Positions 49,101 to 61,202 of a stretch of 64,000 bases of DNA are shown here, one piece after another. The stretch lies in contig BFEA01000037.1 of NCBI GenBank assembly GCA_003427395.1, positions 4,707,477-4,771,476 of the forward strand, given 5' to 3'. Below the pieces are notes generated by a model, which saw nothing but the letters and a program-made list of their open reading frames with translations, was not told the origin of the DNA and did not search any database. A program made the translations under genes and the position numbers. The stretch comes from Chara braunii. Its lineage: Eukaryota > Plantae > Charophyceae. Numbering within the stretch: the first letter of the stretch is position 1; every line of letters begins with the position of its first letter.

Positions 49101-52100
49101 TCGTGGAGCCGTCGTCAGAATCGGTTGGTAAAGCGCGGATCACGGTTAGATATGATGCTTAGAGGTAAGCCGTGGTCACGCACGACTCGGTCAAACACGA
49201 TGTCGGCGACCTCACCTGCACTGATGGCATAGCGGTACGGAACAAAGCGTGCGCGCTTCGTGAAGCGATCGACGACGACCAGGATAGCATTATGACCTCG
49301 GGGGGTGGGAGGACGAAGAGGACCGATGAAGTCCATCGAAATGGACTGCTAACGACCCCAAGGGATAGGAAGAGGTTAAAGGAAACCATAAGACAGGTGG
49401 TTCGCACTGTTCACCTCCTGACAAGTGGGACACTCTGCTACGTAGTCCTTCACAAAGTCCTTGCGCTTCAGCCAGACGTACAGGCGGCTCACACGAGCCA
49501 ACGTCTTGTGGAAGCCCATATGATCGGCGGCTGCCTGGACATGGAACTCTGCTACTGCCCGGACATGTAGCTGTCCAGTGGAGGGAACGCAAATATGGGG
49601 CTCTTTGATGCCCTGTGAACCGTGCCAGTACACAAGACCGTTGTCCCCGAGAGAGTAGTTCAGGACGGTCTTGCCACTTCGAAGAGTCGCATGGATGTCA
49701 TGATAGTTGGGGCAAGTGGCGGTACTGAATGCGAAACTCGTCGATCACCGACTGGTGGACGGTGGTGACCAAGATGCAGCGAGCCGGATCTGGTCGAGAT
49801 CATGGTCAGGGCGTCGGGATAAGGCATCTACGACCCGCTTAGTCTCACCCTTAATGTGCTCAATGGTGAAACTAAACTCGGATAGGTCGCGCCACCAGCG
49901 AACCCGTCGAGGAGTGAGCTTCGGCTTTGTTAGAAAAGCCTGGACAACAGAGTTGTTCATGTGCACCGTGAATGGTGCCCCGTGCAGGTAGTGACGTCAG
50001 TGTCGAGCGGCATAAGCTACTACGAGAACCTCACGTTCATCAGCAGTGTAGTTTATTTCGACGGGCAGGAGCTGACGAGAATAAAAGGCTGTCGGACAAT
50101 CACGTGAGCGAAACTCGACAGTGCCGTCCTCGGTGATGGTAGGAAATAATTAATAGAAGGTTCGTAAGTAGTTGGACGAGTAGACGTCAGGCGGGAGGCA
50201 GTGGCAAGGGTAAGGGGTGGGAAGCGAGGGATACGAGGATGAGAGGAATCAGGACTCAGGAGAGGGAAAAATTTGAGAAAGCACTGCTCCTACAGCAAAG
50301 TCTGACGCATCGGTGGTAAGGATAAAAGGTCGATCAAAATCGGGTACGGTGCACATATCACCGCCTTCTTGAGGGTGTGGAAGGCGTCCTCGTGGAGGGG
50401 TGTCCAAGCCCATGGCGGGTTCTTCTGGAGGAGGGTGGAGGTAAGGACGTAGGAATACCTAGTGTATCCCTAGATGACATTACTACAGCAGCTAGTGAGG
50501 CCTAGGAAGTTGCGAAGCTGCTTGGCGGATGTGGGGACGGACCACTCCGCAATATCAATGATTTTCGCGTCCTCCATGTGGAGACCCTGGTCAGACACGT
50601 AGTATCCTAAGAACGGGGATCGAGAGTCTGTAGGGTGCCTGGTGGTGAACACAATAGAGAGGCACAAGCTGGATGGAATGCTCGACGTTGCGCATCGGTG
50701 GGATGCAGGCGTACGAGAACGACGATGGGAAAACGTTGTGGTACTCTCGACCGAGGTCACGAATTGTGGGCTACAGGTCGGTCGTATAGCGTGCGAGTTC
50801 CTCAGCGTCAGCGTCAGTGCGCGACGGCGGGGTGGACTCGACGGGCGGCGGAGGGAGGGAAGTAGAGATGGGAGCCATGGAGATAGAACGAGGATCTGGC
50901 TCCAGAGAGATGAGCTCGGCGTCTGGATAGGGTGGATCATAGTGCAAGAGATCCGTAACGTTCACCGTAAAGAAGGTGACGCCGTCCTGTCGGATGAAGT
51001 GAGCGAACTGCCGAGGCGAGGTGACGGTGATAGTAGGAGATGGTGTGGGCACGGAAGGCTCCGGGGGAGGAGGATCGGGACGTGATGTCCCAGTGGTACC
51101 TATGAAAAGTACGCGATACGTCTATCCAAACTTCGTTTTGAGAACGAGAGTGTTGGTCGCCCAATCGGCCTCAGTGCTACGGAACCGATGAGACCACGGA
51201 GTACCGAGAATGAAATTGTACCTCATCTCCATCACATCGAAACGTGCAGAGGAGCGGTGGCGACGAGAAGCCGGGGGACAATCAGTCGGCTCGAGAGTGA
51301 GGAAGAAAGGGAGATCGGTGACCATCTGATCGAAGAAGCGCTGGGTTTTATCATCCCCTAAGGTGACAGAGATGGGAGTCGAAGACCCTGTCGTGGGTAA
51401 GTAGGCTTCTTTCACCACACGTGGGTGAATAAAGTCGCCCTGAGAGTCGAAATCCCACAACGTTGAATACACCCTCGTGGAGGTCCCTAGTCGTACTAGA
51501 ATGATCGGGAGGGTGCAATCAGGGTCAGAGAGGATGGTGAGAAGGTGACGCAGTGCAGCGACATGGAGGGTGAGTCGCTCCTGACGAGCCTGGAGCATGC
51601 TCAAGTCCAGAAGAGAGGACACAACGTCCTCGCAAGTCGCAAGCTGCTCGCTGCAACGGGCTAAGCGAACGGCTCCAAGCGTCGGTAGTCGCGGAAAGGT
51701 AGGAGGGGAGACGGTGGTCTGCGGAGGCACAGACGGCACTACGACAGAGGGTTGAGTACACTCTGTCGGGTCCTGCGATACCTCAACTTCAGTAGCGAGA
51801 GGGGCGAACCGCGATGGGCATGTCTGGAAGCCATCTATGGAGGAGGGCGCAGGTGTACACTGCACCGTGGCTAGGAGGCGCCGCGGGGGTGCAAGGCGCC
51901 GGGGGGGGACTGAACACGACGCTGGCGGGAAAGGTCAGCATAGTGGCGATTAAGGGCCGCGGCGTAAGGGCACCGCAAGGAGGTATGACCGTCCTGGCGG
52001 CCTCGCAAACACCCACGCCGGCCCAAAATGGCCGCGCACTCCTCAGCGGAAAGGACACCGCGAGGAGGGACAAAGCCCTGAGGGAGGTCCTGCTGAGGGA

Positions 52101-55100
52101 CCTCGGGGGGCAGCTGCGTGCCCGGAAGAAGGCGGAGAGGATGCGCTGGAGGCGCTCAGCCATAGGGAGAGTAGAGTCCTCCAGGAGGTAGTGGACGGCC
52201 TCGTCGAGGTCGAGGTCGTTGCTATGGTCACCCTCAGGCGACAACGGGGCAACAGCGTGCTGCTCACCATACTCAAGCGCGCGAAGTGGCGGCCCTGCTG
52301 AGCGGAACGGCGAGGGCGACCGCGGAAAGGGAAGCGGCGCTGGGAAGTGCCCTGAAAGGAGGAGGCATAGCCAGTATGCTGAGGCTTGGAGAAGGAAGCG
52401 GGGTGAAGACGGGCCCACATCCGCTGATGGGTCCTGGCGGCCTCATAGGCCTGCGGGGCCGATGTGAACTCGTACCGCCATAACTCGGAGCGGTACTCAA
52501 AGGGAAGGTTGGCCAAGAAATGGTCGATGAAGGCAACCTCAGGGAGGAACGCCACAAATGAGGCGGGCGTCCTGAAAGACCTGGATGTGGTGGTCCAGGC
52601 CGACAGCGTCACCAGAGCCAGACCAGCGTGTGCTGACGACGCGCTCGAAGGCGTCAGTAACGTCATGTCGGGCTCCGAAACGGTCCTCGAGGACCGCCTG
52701 AAAATCCATGAAGGTCGAGGTCCAACCCTCATGAAAGGAGTGCGTGTAGAGATCCTCCCAAGCGTCGAGGGGACCGCCACGCAGGCGCGTGGAGATGTGA
52801 CCCACCCACGTGCCGAGTGGGGCGCCCATGAGCTGGAGCGTTCGGGTGGCAGACTGCAGCCACCGAGACACACGTATCCCTGTACCATCGTACAAGGCAA
52901 TGTCCGCCAAGCGAACGAGTGGTGAGCCACCGTTTTGGCGGCGAGGGGATCGAGGAGCAGAGGCCTATGCTACAACTGACTAAGTCGGCGTTGGTCCTGG
53001 AAAACAGGGCGCAGCTGATTGTACGCCCAGGCCGCCTGGGGGAGCGGCGGGGGCAACGGCGGCAAGCTGCGAGGGAGATGCGATGGAAGAGGTCGCAGCA
53101 ACCGAGGGAATAAGAAGAAGGTAGGATGGGGATGGATAGGGTGCAAGGCGAGGGAAGCGAGCCTACATGAAAGGAAGAGCAAAGGAACGGGGTTCGCCCG
53201 AAGGCGCGGCCACCTGTGAGGGTAGAGATGGCTGAAGGCGTAAGAGGGCGAGGTCGGGCCGGGTCTGGGCAAGCTCGTCCTCGAGGCGTCGAACGTAGAT
53301 TGAGCGAGGAGTGGCAGGAGGAAGAGTGGGGGAAGTGGACGTACGAGCGGCGCGGGGCATCCCACAGGGGGGAGAGTCAGATGGCGCTGCGGTCGTGCGA
53401 AGGGGAGGGAGAAGGGGGGCACCTAAAAAAGCTGAGACCATGGCAGCAAGTTGTGGTCCCGTGGCCGTAGTGACCGAAATCTAGGCAGGTGCGCCCGTAG
53501 AGCAGGGGAGGGTCTGGGTCGTGGAGGCCGTCGCGCTAGGAGCGTGGACGGTCACCAGCATGGCCGGGTCGGGGGCGGAAGAGGAGGAAGCTCCGTCGTT
53601 GCCACCATATCGAGGGACGGGGGACCTGGACTGGGAGCCAGGAGGAGAGGGGGGAGAGGAAGGACAGCCAGCGTCCTGGAATTACCGCAGGCCAGCGGCA
53701 AGAGTCGCCACCTGCGCCTGTAAGGGCGCCAGAAGGGAGGCGAGGAGGGTGTGCAGATCCCCCTGGGCTGATGGCCATGGCCCGCCGGCACGGATATGGA
53801 GCCCGGTGCCGAGGTCGTCGCCGCGTTAGTGGCTTGTGACACGCTGTCGGTCATGGGGAGGTGACGAGCCGGACTGGAGAGGAGGGCGTAAGGGGAGGTC
53901 CGTGGTAGAAAGTGGCGGGCGGCGCTAGCGAGTCGAGCGCGGGTGCCCGCAAAGGGGGAAGGGTGGTTCGGGTCCAGGGTGCCCAAATGGAAAAGGGGAA
54001 GTAGGAGAGGGTTTAGGAAAACCCTAAACCCTAGAAAAAGCCTAACTGGAGTTTGAGTGGTTAGGGTAGGGTACCGATGACATAATCAAGAAAATAAAAA
54101 ATAGTAAGAATGGGGGAGGCGGAACAAAAATAAATAAACAGTGCAACTTCGAAAAAAAATTAAATATAAATAAATAAACAATAAAAATAATTAAAAAAAT
54201 AAATAAACACAACGTGAAAAGAAAAATAATATTTATTTTTTTGGAAATTTCGACACCATTTCCTTACCCCCAATGAGGTCAAGAATGTGCCAAGGGAAAG
54301 GAGAGACCAAAATAAACCAAGTTTCAAAATACCAACAACTAAAAATTTCAAAAAATAAATACATAAATAAAAAATATAAATATAAATAAGTAGATGAGGA
54401 GGTGGAAAAAAATGAAGTGTCTGATTTTTTAAGAATTTCGGCAGCATTTCGTCACCCCCATGGGGTCGAAGTATGCCATCAAGAAGAAAGGCAAAATAAA
54501 ATGAGGAGATTTTGCCAGCACTTCGCTACCCCCAAGGGGTCAAAATGTGTTGAAAAGACTAAGTGACAAAAAACAGAAAATTTTGGCAGCACTTCGTTAT
54601 CCCCACGGGGTCTGAATGTGTGCCGAAAGCAAGAATGACCAACTCCTAATCAGATTTAAGGGTGCCGCAAGGAAATTCGAATTTTCAGAATAAAATATTA
54701 AAAAAATAAAATAAATCAAAAAAAAAGAAAAGAAAGTGGGGAATAAGATAATTCGAATTTTTGGAAAAAGAGGAAAGATAAATCAAAAGAAAGAAAACAA
54801 AAAAACAGAAAAAAATCGAAAGTAGGAGGGAAGGGGGATGAAAAAGTGAAGGGGAAAAAAAAGAAATAAGTGGGAGAGAGAAAAAGAGTGAAGGGGGGAG
54901 GTGAGGGAAGTGATAGGTTGTAGTTGGGGGAGAGGAGGGTGCGAGAATGGGAGAGAAAGGGATGGGAAGGGTGGGGAGGGATCAAGAAGCAAAGAGAAAA
55001 GGGGGAGAAAGAAAAGAAAATAAATGAGTGAAGTAGAGTAAAATAGTGGGTGGTGCGAGAAAAGGTGGGGTGGGGAGAGGGGTACGAGTGGTGAGAGTGA

Positions 55101-55595
55101 TTAGAAGGAAATGAGTGAGGCAGAAGAGGAAAAAGTAGAGGGGGTGAGTAAGAGGAGAGAGAAAAGGTAGAGAAAGTGGGTTAGTAGGGAGAGAGAAGAG
55201 AGTGGGATGATACCTGGCCCTTGGTGTCTCCAAGGGCACAAGGCATACCAAGACCAGGAGGGTCTTGGCCTTCGCTGCCACAAGCAAGCTGGAGGAGAGG
55301 GGCTGAGATCTTGATCAGCCCCTAGAAGCAGTACTGCAGATCTGCAGATCCAGGGTATGTTGTGTGAGCAGACCCTCACCAGTGTAGAGCAGCCCCCTGA
55401 TCAGGAGGGTCTTCAGTTCCACAACAAGCTGCCACGTGGCACTGGAGATGGCCACGTGCACAGGCAGCAGCAGCCACGGCGGGGTGGGGTGGGGNNNNNN
55501 NNNNNNNNNNNNNNNNNNNNNNNNNNNNNNNNNNNNNNNNNNNNNNNNNNNNNNNNNNNNNNNNNNNNNNNNNNNNNNNNNNNNNNNNNNNNNNN

Positions 55596-55626
<31 letters not shown>

Positions 55627-56634
55627 ATAGCTGGCACGCACCTCTTCAACAGTTGTGTGCCACACTACACAGCCATAAACACACTGTGGCGAGTGTGTTA
55701 TAGCAGCAGCAGCTGCCCGGGTTCAAACCCTAGGGGCAACGTGCATCCCAAATCTTGATAATATAATATCCAGGAACGGGCCGGGGCGGGGCAGTGGGGC
55801 CCCGTGGCGCGTGTGTGGCGGCCTTGGTCTTGGCGCTTGCGCGCACGCGTCGTGACGCCGCTTCTTTTTTCGCGCCACGTGCCACCTCCTGGCTGCTGCA
55901 CCTTTTCTCAAATTTTCCTGCTGTTTTCCTCTGCGGACAAGGCAAAAAACAGTGTAAAACCCCACTGTCGGGTTTTGTTGTTTTCCCTGTTGTGCGGCGT
56001 GGCGGGTGGGAGCGGGGAGCGTTCCCGCTTCGATAGCAGTGTGGCGGACCCACCAGGTGTGGTGCTCCGCCTGGGATAGAGATGGAGATGGAGGAAGAAG
56101 GGGGAGCGAGACGGCACAGCGCAGCTCCCACGCTAGACTCCAACGCACGTACTCCAAAGTGTGCGAATGTAGAATGATCCGGAAAACAGCCAACAGCCGG
56201 GGTATTCCACAGCGGACTGATTGGACTGGACTGGACTGGCTGGTACCGACAGAGGTGCCGGGTTGGACTGGACTACCTCGAATACAACACAGGCCTGTGA
56301 GAACAGGCCAAGGGGCTGGTCTCACAGGCCAACCAGAGGTCCGCTACAATCCAACTGCAATTACGACCAAAGGCTTTTGTTTTTTTTTTCTTTTTGTGCG
56401 AGTCCGACAACTCCCCATGTTCTACGTTCTGCTGAAGTGCCCTCATCGAGGGCAAACTACTCCAAAAAGTGTATCCAAGTACAATCACGGGGAAAGGGTT
56501 TTTTTTTTTCTTTGGGGCGTACGGATTTGAGATGGGCCCAAAAATTCAAAAACCTTCGACGCTCCGACCCTGCCCCAAGCCTACCTTTTCCTTCTTGTGG
56601 CGACAAGTTATTTTGCTGCAAGGTTGAGGCCGTG
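46130..56634. mobile_element. Non-autonomous ~820-bp insertion (CAC...GTG ends, TA flanks) split by the LTR element at 46668
   Basis: Host gypsy sequence resumes on both sides (compare 30735-30780); an internal repeat unit GTTCTACGTTCTGCTGAAGT.CCCTCA occurs on both sides of the nested LTR element. Confidence 0.6.
46668..56348 (-). mobile_element. Chromovirus with both LTRs (46668-46978, 56040-56348), ATCCA TSD and RT core deleted
   Basis: TG...CA LTRs with TGTGGCGGACC/GGTCCGCTACA termini; ATCCA on both flanks. Gag ~52200-52910; protease (LWDFDSQGDFI) ~51120-51500; RT jumps from APYRLSIP to FLGYYVS at ~50615; RNase H; integrase 48900-49630; chromodomain YLVRWKGYPDEEATWEP. Confidence 0.92.
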
Positions 56635-58485
56635 TACTGGTGGTTTAAACTTTTGCAGTCTAACGGTTCTTCCACCAGGCAACTTGTGGATCATCACCTC
56701 CTATCCCAATCAAATTGAGGTTGAGCAACCTCGAGCTAGTAGCATATTGAATGGCAGTTCATCGTTGACAAGGAACAAGATCTTGTGTCTCAGTTCCCCT
56801 CCTCCATAGGAAAAGGTGCAGGCTATGTCCTTGACATAGTCTTGGACAATCATACTATGTCTCAGTTCCCCTACTCCATAGGAAAAGGTGCAGACTACGT
56901 CCTTGACATAGTCTTGGACAATGTCTCAGTTCCTTTCCTCCATAGGAAAAGGTGCAGACTACGTCCGTNNNNNNNNNNNNNNNNNNNNNNNNNNNNNNNN
57001 NNNNNNNNNNNNNNNNNNNNNNNCTACGTCCGTGACATAGTCTTGGACATACTATGTCTCAGTTCCCCTCCTCCATAGGAAAAGGTGCAGACTACGTCCT
57101 TGACATAGTCTTGGACAACCATACTATGCTTGTTGGCTAGCGTAGATGCTACAGATCCGCCCAGCCACTGTTCGTGGTCCCCTAAGCGTAGTCTATCCAC
57201 ACAAGCACGATTGATGAAGTTCCATGTACAGCCTATGTCTGCGAAGGTGCCCACTTTGCGGCCACCTACATCAACCTCTACCACGAAATGTTCACCCCTA
57301 GGACCTTTGTTGATCATCGCCCAAGATTCTCTGGGTCCTTTCCTAACCACTCAGTTTGTAACTCTTCTAAGGACTCAAACACATTTCTCGAACAGAGCAC
57401 CTCTGGGTCTGAATGTGTTTGTGGGGCGATAAATGGGTCAATAGCCTTGTGCCAATGCCTAAAGTGGTGAAGGCAACGTTACCACTTCAGCACGAGTAAG
57501 AGCGGTCGAGGTGTCTCCCTGCGAAGTGCTCGCAGAAGCACCCCCAAGGTTCGAAGATAAGCCCACCACCGTTGGAGAGGCTACCTTCGCTGTGGCCTTT
57601 TTGCCTCGACATGTTCTGGATGTGCGGCCATAGTTGCCACAGTTCAAATAGACTACCCCCAGCAACTCGATCCCTCCGTACCGCGTAGTCTAAACCAAGT
57701 TTTACCCATGCGGGTGTTCCTTGGTCGCCCTGACCCTTGGACCGGCCTACCTTCTCCTTCCCGGTCCCCTAGCCTTTTCTTTGATTGGAGCTACGACTCC
57801 CCCATCCGAAGTCTCGCTAGCCCCATCCTGCTTTGTGTCTTCCCCATAATCAGGGAAGTCATCAATCTCAGTTGACTGACCAATTATGGTAGACAAACAT
57901 AAGATTGCCCTTCTTCCTCCAATCTTGGGGAAGTTTCTTATTCCTACCATTTGTTTGACCCTGATGGGCGGTCCCAAGTTTAGCCTCTATATCTAAGGCT
58001 TTCTTGTTGACAGTAGCGAAGTTATGGACACCTATGATGGCCTCGTCTACCAGCTTATTCGTGATATCTGTGGGCAGACATCTCAGATAAGTTGTGAGGA
58101 GTACATGCAGTTCATAGTGTACACCCTGCACTACGATCAAACGTTCTACGGCGTCTGTGACTTCCTGCACAATCCCGTAGCGTTTGGAACCGAGATTGTT
58201 TATTGCCTCGGTGGCTTTCTGAGTCCCTTGAGGATCATGCCATCTGTTATACACAGTCCCTACGAAGTCCTCTTAATGTCTGGGCCTGGGCCCAAGCATC
58301 AAAGTTTTGATCGTAGCCCTGTTGCTGCACTATGCCATTTAACCGTCGTGTTGACAACCCTCTAGAAAGAAGGCAGCGATTATCACTTGCTTCTCTGGCC
58401 TCGTGAGCTTGTGCCTCACATAGGTAGGCTCAGTCCTCACCCAAGTGTCCAGGTCCTCGTCCTTTTTCTTGTCGCCAAAGAAAGG

Positions 58486-58589
58486 TTTAGTACTCAGCAA
58501 GGGGATCTTGGGCATCCATGTTTAGTACTCGGCAAGGGGATCTTGGGCATCCATGTTTAGTACTCAGCAAGGGGATCTTGGGCATCCAT
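58486..58589. repeat. 38-bp tandem triplication in gag
   Basis: TTTAGTACTC(A/G)GCAAGGGGATCTTGGGCATCCA three times. Confidence 0.9.
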
Positions 58590-61126
58590 TGCATGGGTTG
58601 GATTTGCCCAGGTGATTGCTGCAGTTGCTGCATAGCCACTGAGACAGGTTGCTGCATGCTAAGATGAACTTGTCCTGACGATGGGGTTGTAGCTGCCACC
58701 GCCATTGATGGTATTGTAGCTGCCACCGCCATTGATGGTATGGGAGAAGTACAGAGAACCCAACCACTAACTGCTGCTAAACCACCTGAAGGAGAGATGC
58801 CAAACATAGCAGAGAAAGATGGCCCTCGCGGCAACTGCGTCACCGTGGGACCCGCAACCGAAGGGGGAGCTACAAAATACCGAGGTTGCTTCATCATGGG
58901 ACAAGGAGCCTGCAGAGCAGCCAAAATGCAGTTCTGGCCGGCCAGGCTACTTCATCATGGAACGAGGAGTCTGCAGAGCAGCCAGAATGCAGTTCTGGCC
59001 GGCCACTAGTTCAGCCAGCACTTCCTGTTGGGCAACCTGCGTTTCTGCCTCATCTAGTGCTTCTAACTTCACTGATCTGGTGCTTCTAGCTTCCCTAACT
59101 CCTGCCTCCTAGTTCCTAGTCTGGCTTTTTTCAATTTCGCCCTTTGCCTTCTCTCTGTTGCATCCCTCAACTGCGGTTGTAATTCATTATGAAGAGCTTC
59201 CGCCTGGAGGATCTCATAATCCTCTGGTGTGAGAGCAGATTGTTGGCTGACTTGCGAACCGACAGACCGACTAACGGAACGCTGAGAAACACCCTGACTA
59301 ACTCCTGATGAAGAGGCTTGGGACAAGGCTTGTGACATGGTAGAGGCGGTAGCCATTGCGGCCTCGATGCTGGCTGCTGCTGCCCTAGACCTCCACAATA
59401 CCACCCTCTCGCTAGCTTCCCTCCGCAGCCTCCTTTCCTCTCTTGGACCTAACTCCTGGAAAGTGATCGGTCGACTAAGAGTAGTTTTGTGGGTCACTAA
59501 TTTTTCCTCTTCCTCACTACTAACTGCTTCACTCATGAGCTACAGTGGTGTGTGATCTTAACTAGAATCCACATTGAATCCTAACTCAGCATGACACCCA
59601 ACCGAGTAATAACAATCGACTATTTTCTGTCAGCCTCGAGAAGTCGTCAAGTTGTAACCAGCAATCAATGCCAGGTCCTAAAGGTAAGTCTATTTCGATG
59701 TTTACATTACTCTAAAATAGAATGCAATGCAGCAAGGATTGGTCTATCCTATCTGCTGTTGTCTGTCACTTGTCACCAAGTATGTACAACTAAATAATCG
59801 AAAATAAAAGTAGATTACCTGTGGAGATGCATGCTGGATGGCAGTTTATCTTATTTGCTCCACAGTGAACAGTTGCCGCAATCCCACCCTCCCCCTATAT
59901 CCCTCTCGAGTAGTCTCTTGTGTCGATGTCCTGAGCATCTGGTTGAGCAGCGTGTCTGGAGGTGTGCAATCTGCCCCACCCCTGTGCCGCAAGTCTATGC
60001 TAAACCTGCCAGCCCTGCACCTTGTTTACCCTCGCATGCAACGAGCCTTACTTCTGATTGATCTGGCTGATCAGGAGGCAGTTTAAGGACAGCCCCCAAG
60101 GTCCTCATGAATTATTTAACGTCGCAGACAAGACGACGATCACAGCCAGGGTTCAACCGGAACCCGCCAGAAATGTTCATAGACGGTTTGGTAAGCATCT
60201 CTTGAAGGGCTGGCATGCCCAACATGACCTCTATTGCGCAGCAGCTGAACCAAGGCCTTGCGGCAAAGCATGCGTGTACTCGTCCCAGCGGGTTGGCGTG
60301 GTGACCGTGACCTGAGTGCTTCGTCCAGGGCCTGTCTCCCACCAGCTTGTTGCCCGGGAAGAATGTCGACTCTCAAGGTTTAGCGCTCGCGACACCTCAC
60401 ATTGAGAGGACTCTCAAGACAGAACTCACTTCCTCACGGTAAGAAGTAATGAAGAGGTTAGATAAGGAAGAGAGCAACGTACCTCATAATGCTGCCCCAA
60501 CAACAGATTTATCACCGGCAACCTGACGTGCGTTATGATGACCGGTCCTCACCTTGGCACAACAAACAGCGAAATGCACTTCCACCTCGGCTCAAATGCC
60601 ACATCAGCAAGCTCTCATCATCCAGCGTACATCCCTATGTCGCCGCATAACCTTCCTGGCGCGCCCACACGACCCTGGGCCGCCTATCGTCCAACGCCCA
60701 AGCCTTATCACTGCCCCACACCTCATGAGAAGCACGAAACAGCTATTGCAAATAACCAGTAAAGCGCAGTTCGAACCAGCTCCGATACCAAATTGCAAGG
60801 AAAATGAGCAGTAGCGAGATGACAGAATCAGATTGCACAATCACATTGAAAACCAGAAAGTCCCACAGTGTCCAGAAAGTAGCATTGCACCAATAATACA
60901 CCAATGGAGAATCGTAACACTGAAACCGAATGTCAATGAGAGTTGTCTTCACCAACATAAGAGTCCAGGCCCTTCCCCCTACTTGGTGCTCGACGTCCAG
61001 ACTACTCCCACACAGCTACCATCTGCCTGAGATTTGTTGACGTCAACAGCAACCAAAGTACATGAAGATGTTGCCCAAAGCAGACCATCGACAATACCAG
61101 GTATGAGCCCTCACATCCTCCTCCTC

Positions 61127-61202
<76 letters not shown>

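Noticed and set aside
54010-54071. AAACCCTAAACCCTA telomere-like sequence
   Set aside because: Only about two units, inside a retrotransposon leader; a telo-box at most, not a telomere.
56783-57118. Tandem duplications in the protease region
   Set aside because: They span an N gap and may be an assembly artefact.
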